DNA of 64,000 bases, taken from Mobula hypostoma. Its lineage: Eukaryota. The DNA is taken from contig NC_086097.1 in the NCBI RefSeq assembly GCF_963921235.1, positions 176,330,001-176,394,000 on the forward strand. Reading direction: 5' to 3'. Below the pieces are notes generated by a model. It was not told where the DNA came from. It did not search any database and worked only from the letters and a program-made list of their open reading frames with translations. The position numbers and the translations under genes are program-made. Positions 62,665 to 64,000 of this stretch are shown piece after piece (within the stretch, counting starts at the first letter, position 1; each line of letters starts with the position of its first letter).

Positions 62665-63110
62665 TGACCACCCTATTATAGGTAAAATGTGGTTAAATTG
62701 GAAAGGTTTATGAGGATATTGCCATCACTAGAGGGCCTGAGGTATAAGGAAAAGTGCTCTTTACTAGGTCCTTATTCCTTGGAAGGTAGGAGAATGAGGG
62801 GCAATCTTAAAGAAATGTTTATAGTTATAAGAGGCATAGATAAGGTGGATGGGAGCAGTCTTTTTCCCAGGGTAGAGAAGTCCAGAACTAGGGAGCATAG
62901 GTTTATGGTGAGAAGGAAAAGATTTAAAAGGGACTTGAAGAGCAACTTTTTCATAGTAGTATCATTTAGGAAACACCTGGACAGGATAGGTATGTGGAGG
63001 GGTATGGGCCAAACATGGGAAATTGGGACAAGTTGTGTGGAGACTGTGGTCAGCATGGGTACTTGGGGCTGAATGGCCTGCATCTGTGCTGTATTGATCT
63101 ATAACTCTGT
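62665..63110 (+). mobile_element. CR1 LINE 3' fragment
   Basis: YSLEGRRMRGNL...LFPRVEKSRTRxHRF remnants. Confidence 0.75.
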
Positions 63111-63574
63111 GACTTTATCTGCTGTCACTTATGTTTCTGTGTTTCCATGTTAAATTCTAACAGCACAGTTTTCACCCACTTCTTTAATCTATCCATGTCG
63201 CTTGCATTATTTCGGCATTGTCATTATCACCTAGGACCAGGAAAGTCAGACCTAAAATCAAGGGAGGCAAGATTGTCAAATAAAATGCTAGAAACACTCG
63301 GTGGGTCAGGCAGCATTCATGGAAGAAGATACAGACTTAAAGTTGAAGGTCAAAGATCTTTTAGACTGGGAAAAAGTGAAGAGGTTGGTATTAATTTTCA
63401 GAATTCTTAGTGGAGGGAAGGATAGAACAGAATAATAATAGCTGAGGCTTGTTTGTGAGTGTTGTTACGCAGACTGGTCAATGTGCTGATGGCGGCAGTT
63501 TGAAAGTGATAATATAAACAAAAGCCTGAAAAGTTACAAAATAGAGGGCTGTTGGACGAGCCCAGGTCAAGTGG

Positions 63575-64000
63575 TGAGCTTCTATTTTCTTAGAAGTTTG
63601 TGAAGATTCGGGTTGTCATCTAAAACTTTGGCAAACTTCTTTGTACGATGGAGAGTATACTAACAGGCTGCATCATGGTCAGGTATTGAACACCAATGCC
63701 CTTGAATGGAACTGCCTACCAAAAAAAATGAATACGGCTCAGTCCACCACCGGTAAAGCCCTCCCCACTGTGAGAACATCTATAAGGAGCTCTGTAGCAG
63801 GAAAGCAGCATCCATCATCAAGATACTCCACCATTCAGGCCAAGCTATCTTCTCATCGCTGCCATCAGGAAGAAGGTTCAGGAACAGTTATTACCCCTCA
63901 ACCATCAGACTCTTGAACCAGCTTCACTCAGCTTCACTCACCCCAACACTGAACTGTTCCCACAACCTATGGACTCACTTTCAAGGACTCTTCATCTCAT
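63575..64000 (+). mobile_element. Rex1/Babar-like LINE 3' fragment
   Basis: Same family as 31575-32180 (aggaaagcagcatccatcatc..., gctgccatcaggaagaagg...). Confidence 0.7.

Overview
Eukaryotic, repeat-dense vertebrate DNA. The repeat content (CR1 and Rex/Babar LINEs, Penelope-like elements, V-SINE/HE1-like SINEs) points to a cartilaginous fish, probably a ray (inference). The left half (1900-33545, + strand) holds 14 coding exons of a desmocollin-like desmosomal cadherin. All introns are GT-AG and phase-consistent, giving about 858 aa: prodomain, furin site, EC1-EC4, membrane-proximal domain, TM and a divergent cytoplasmic tail. The signal-peptide exons lie upstream of the window. The right half has no recognisable host exon. 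It contains a TSD-flanked Penelope retroelement, two solo LTRs, non-autonomous LINE-derived elements, a Tc1 MITE and an ~830-bp inverted duplication; Tigger-like and Harbinger-like MITEs sit in the gene's introns. Most notable are (i) minimal type I hammerhead-ribozyme motifs in Penelope terminal repeats, including a fold-back copy ~1.3 kb past the stop codon; (ii) a doubled furin site, a classical-cadherin-like EEGGG motif and a degenerate catenin-binding segment in the desmocollin; and (iii) a competing 3' acceptor that would give a 'b-like' truncated isoform. I see no clear wholly new system. The best candidates are variants of known biology. Exon and TSD coordinates were read base by base, while old LINE boundaries are approximate.
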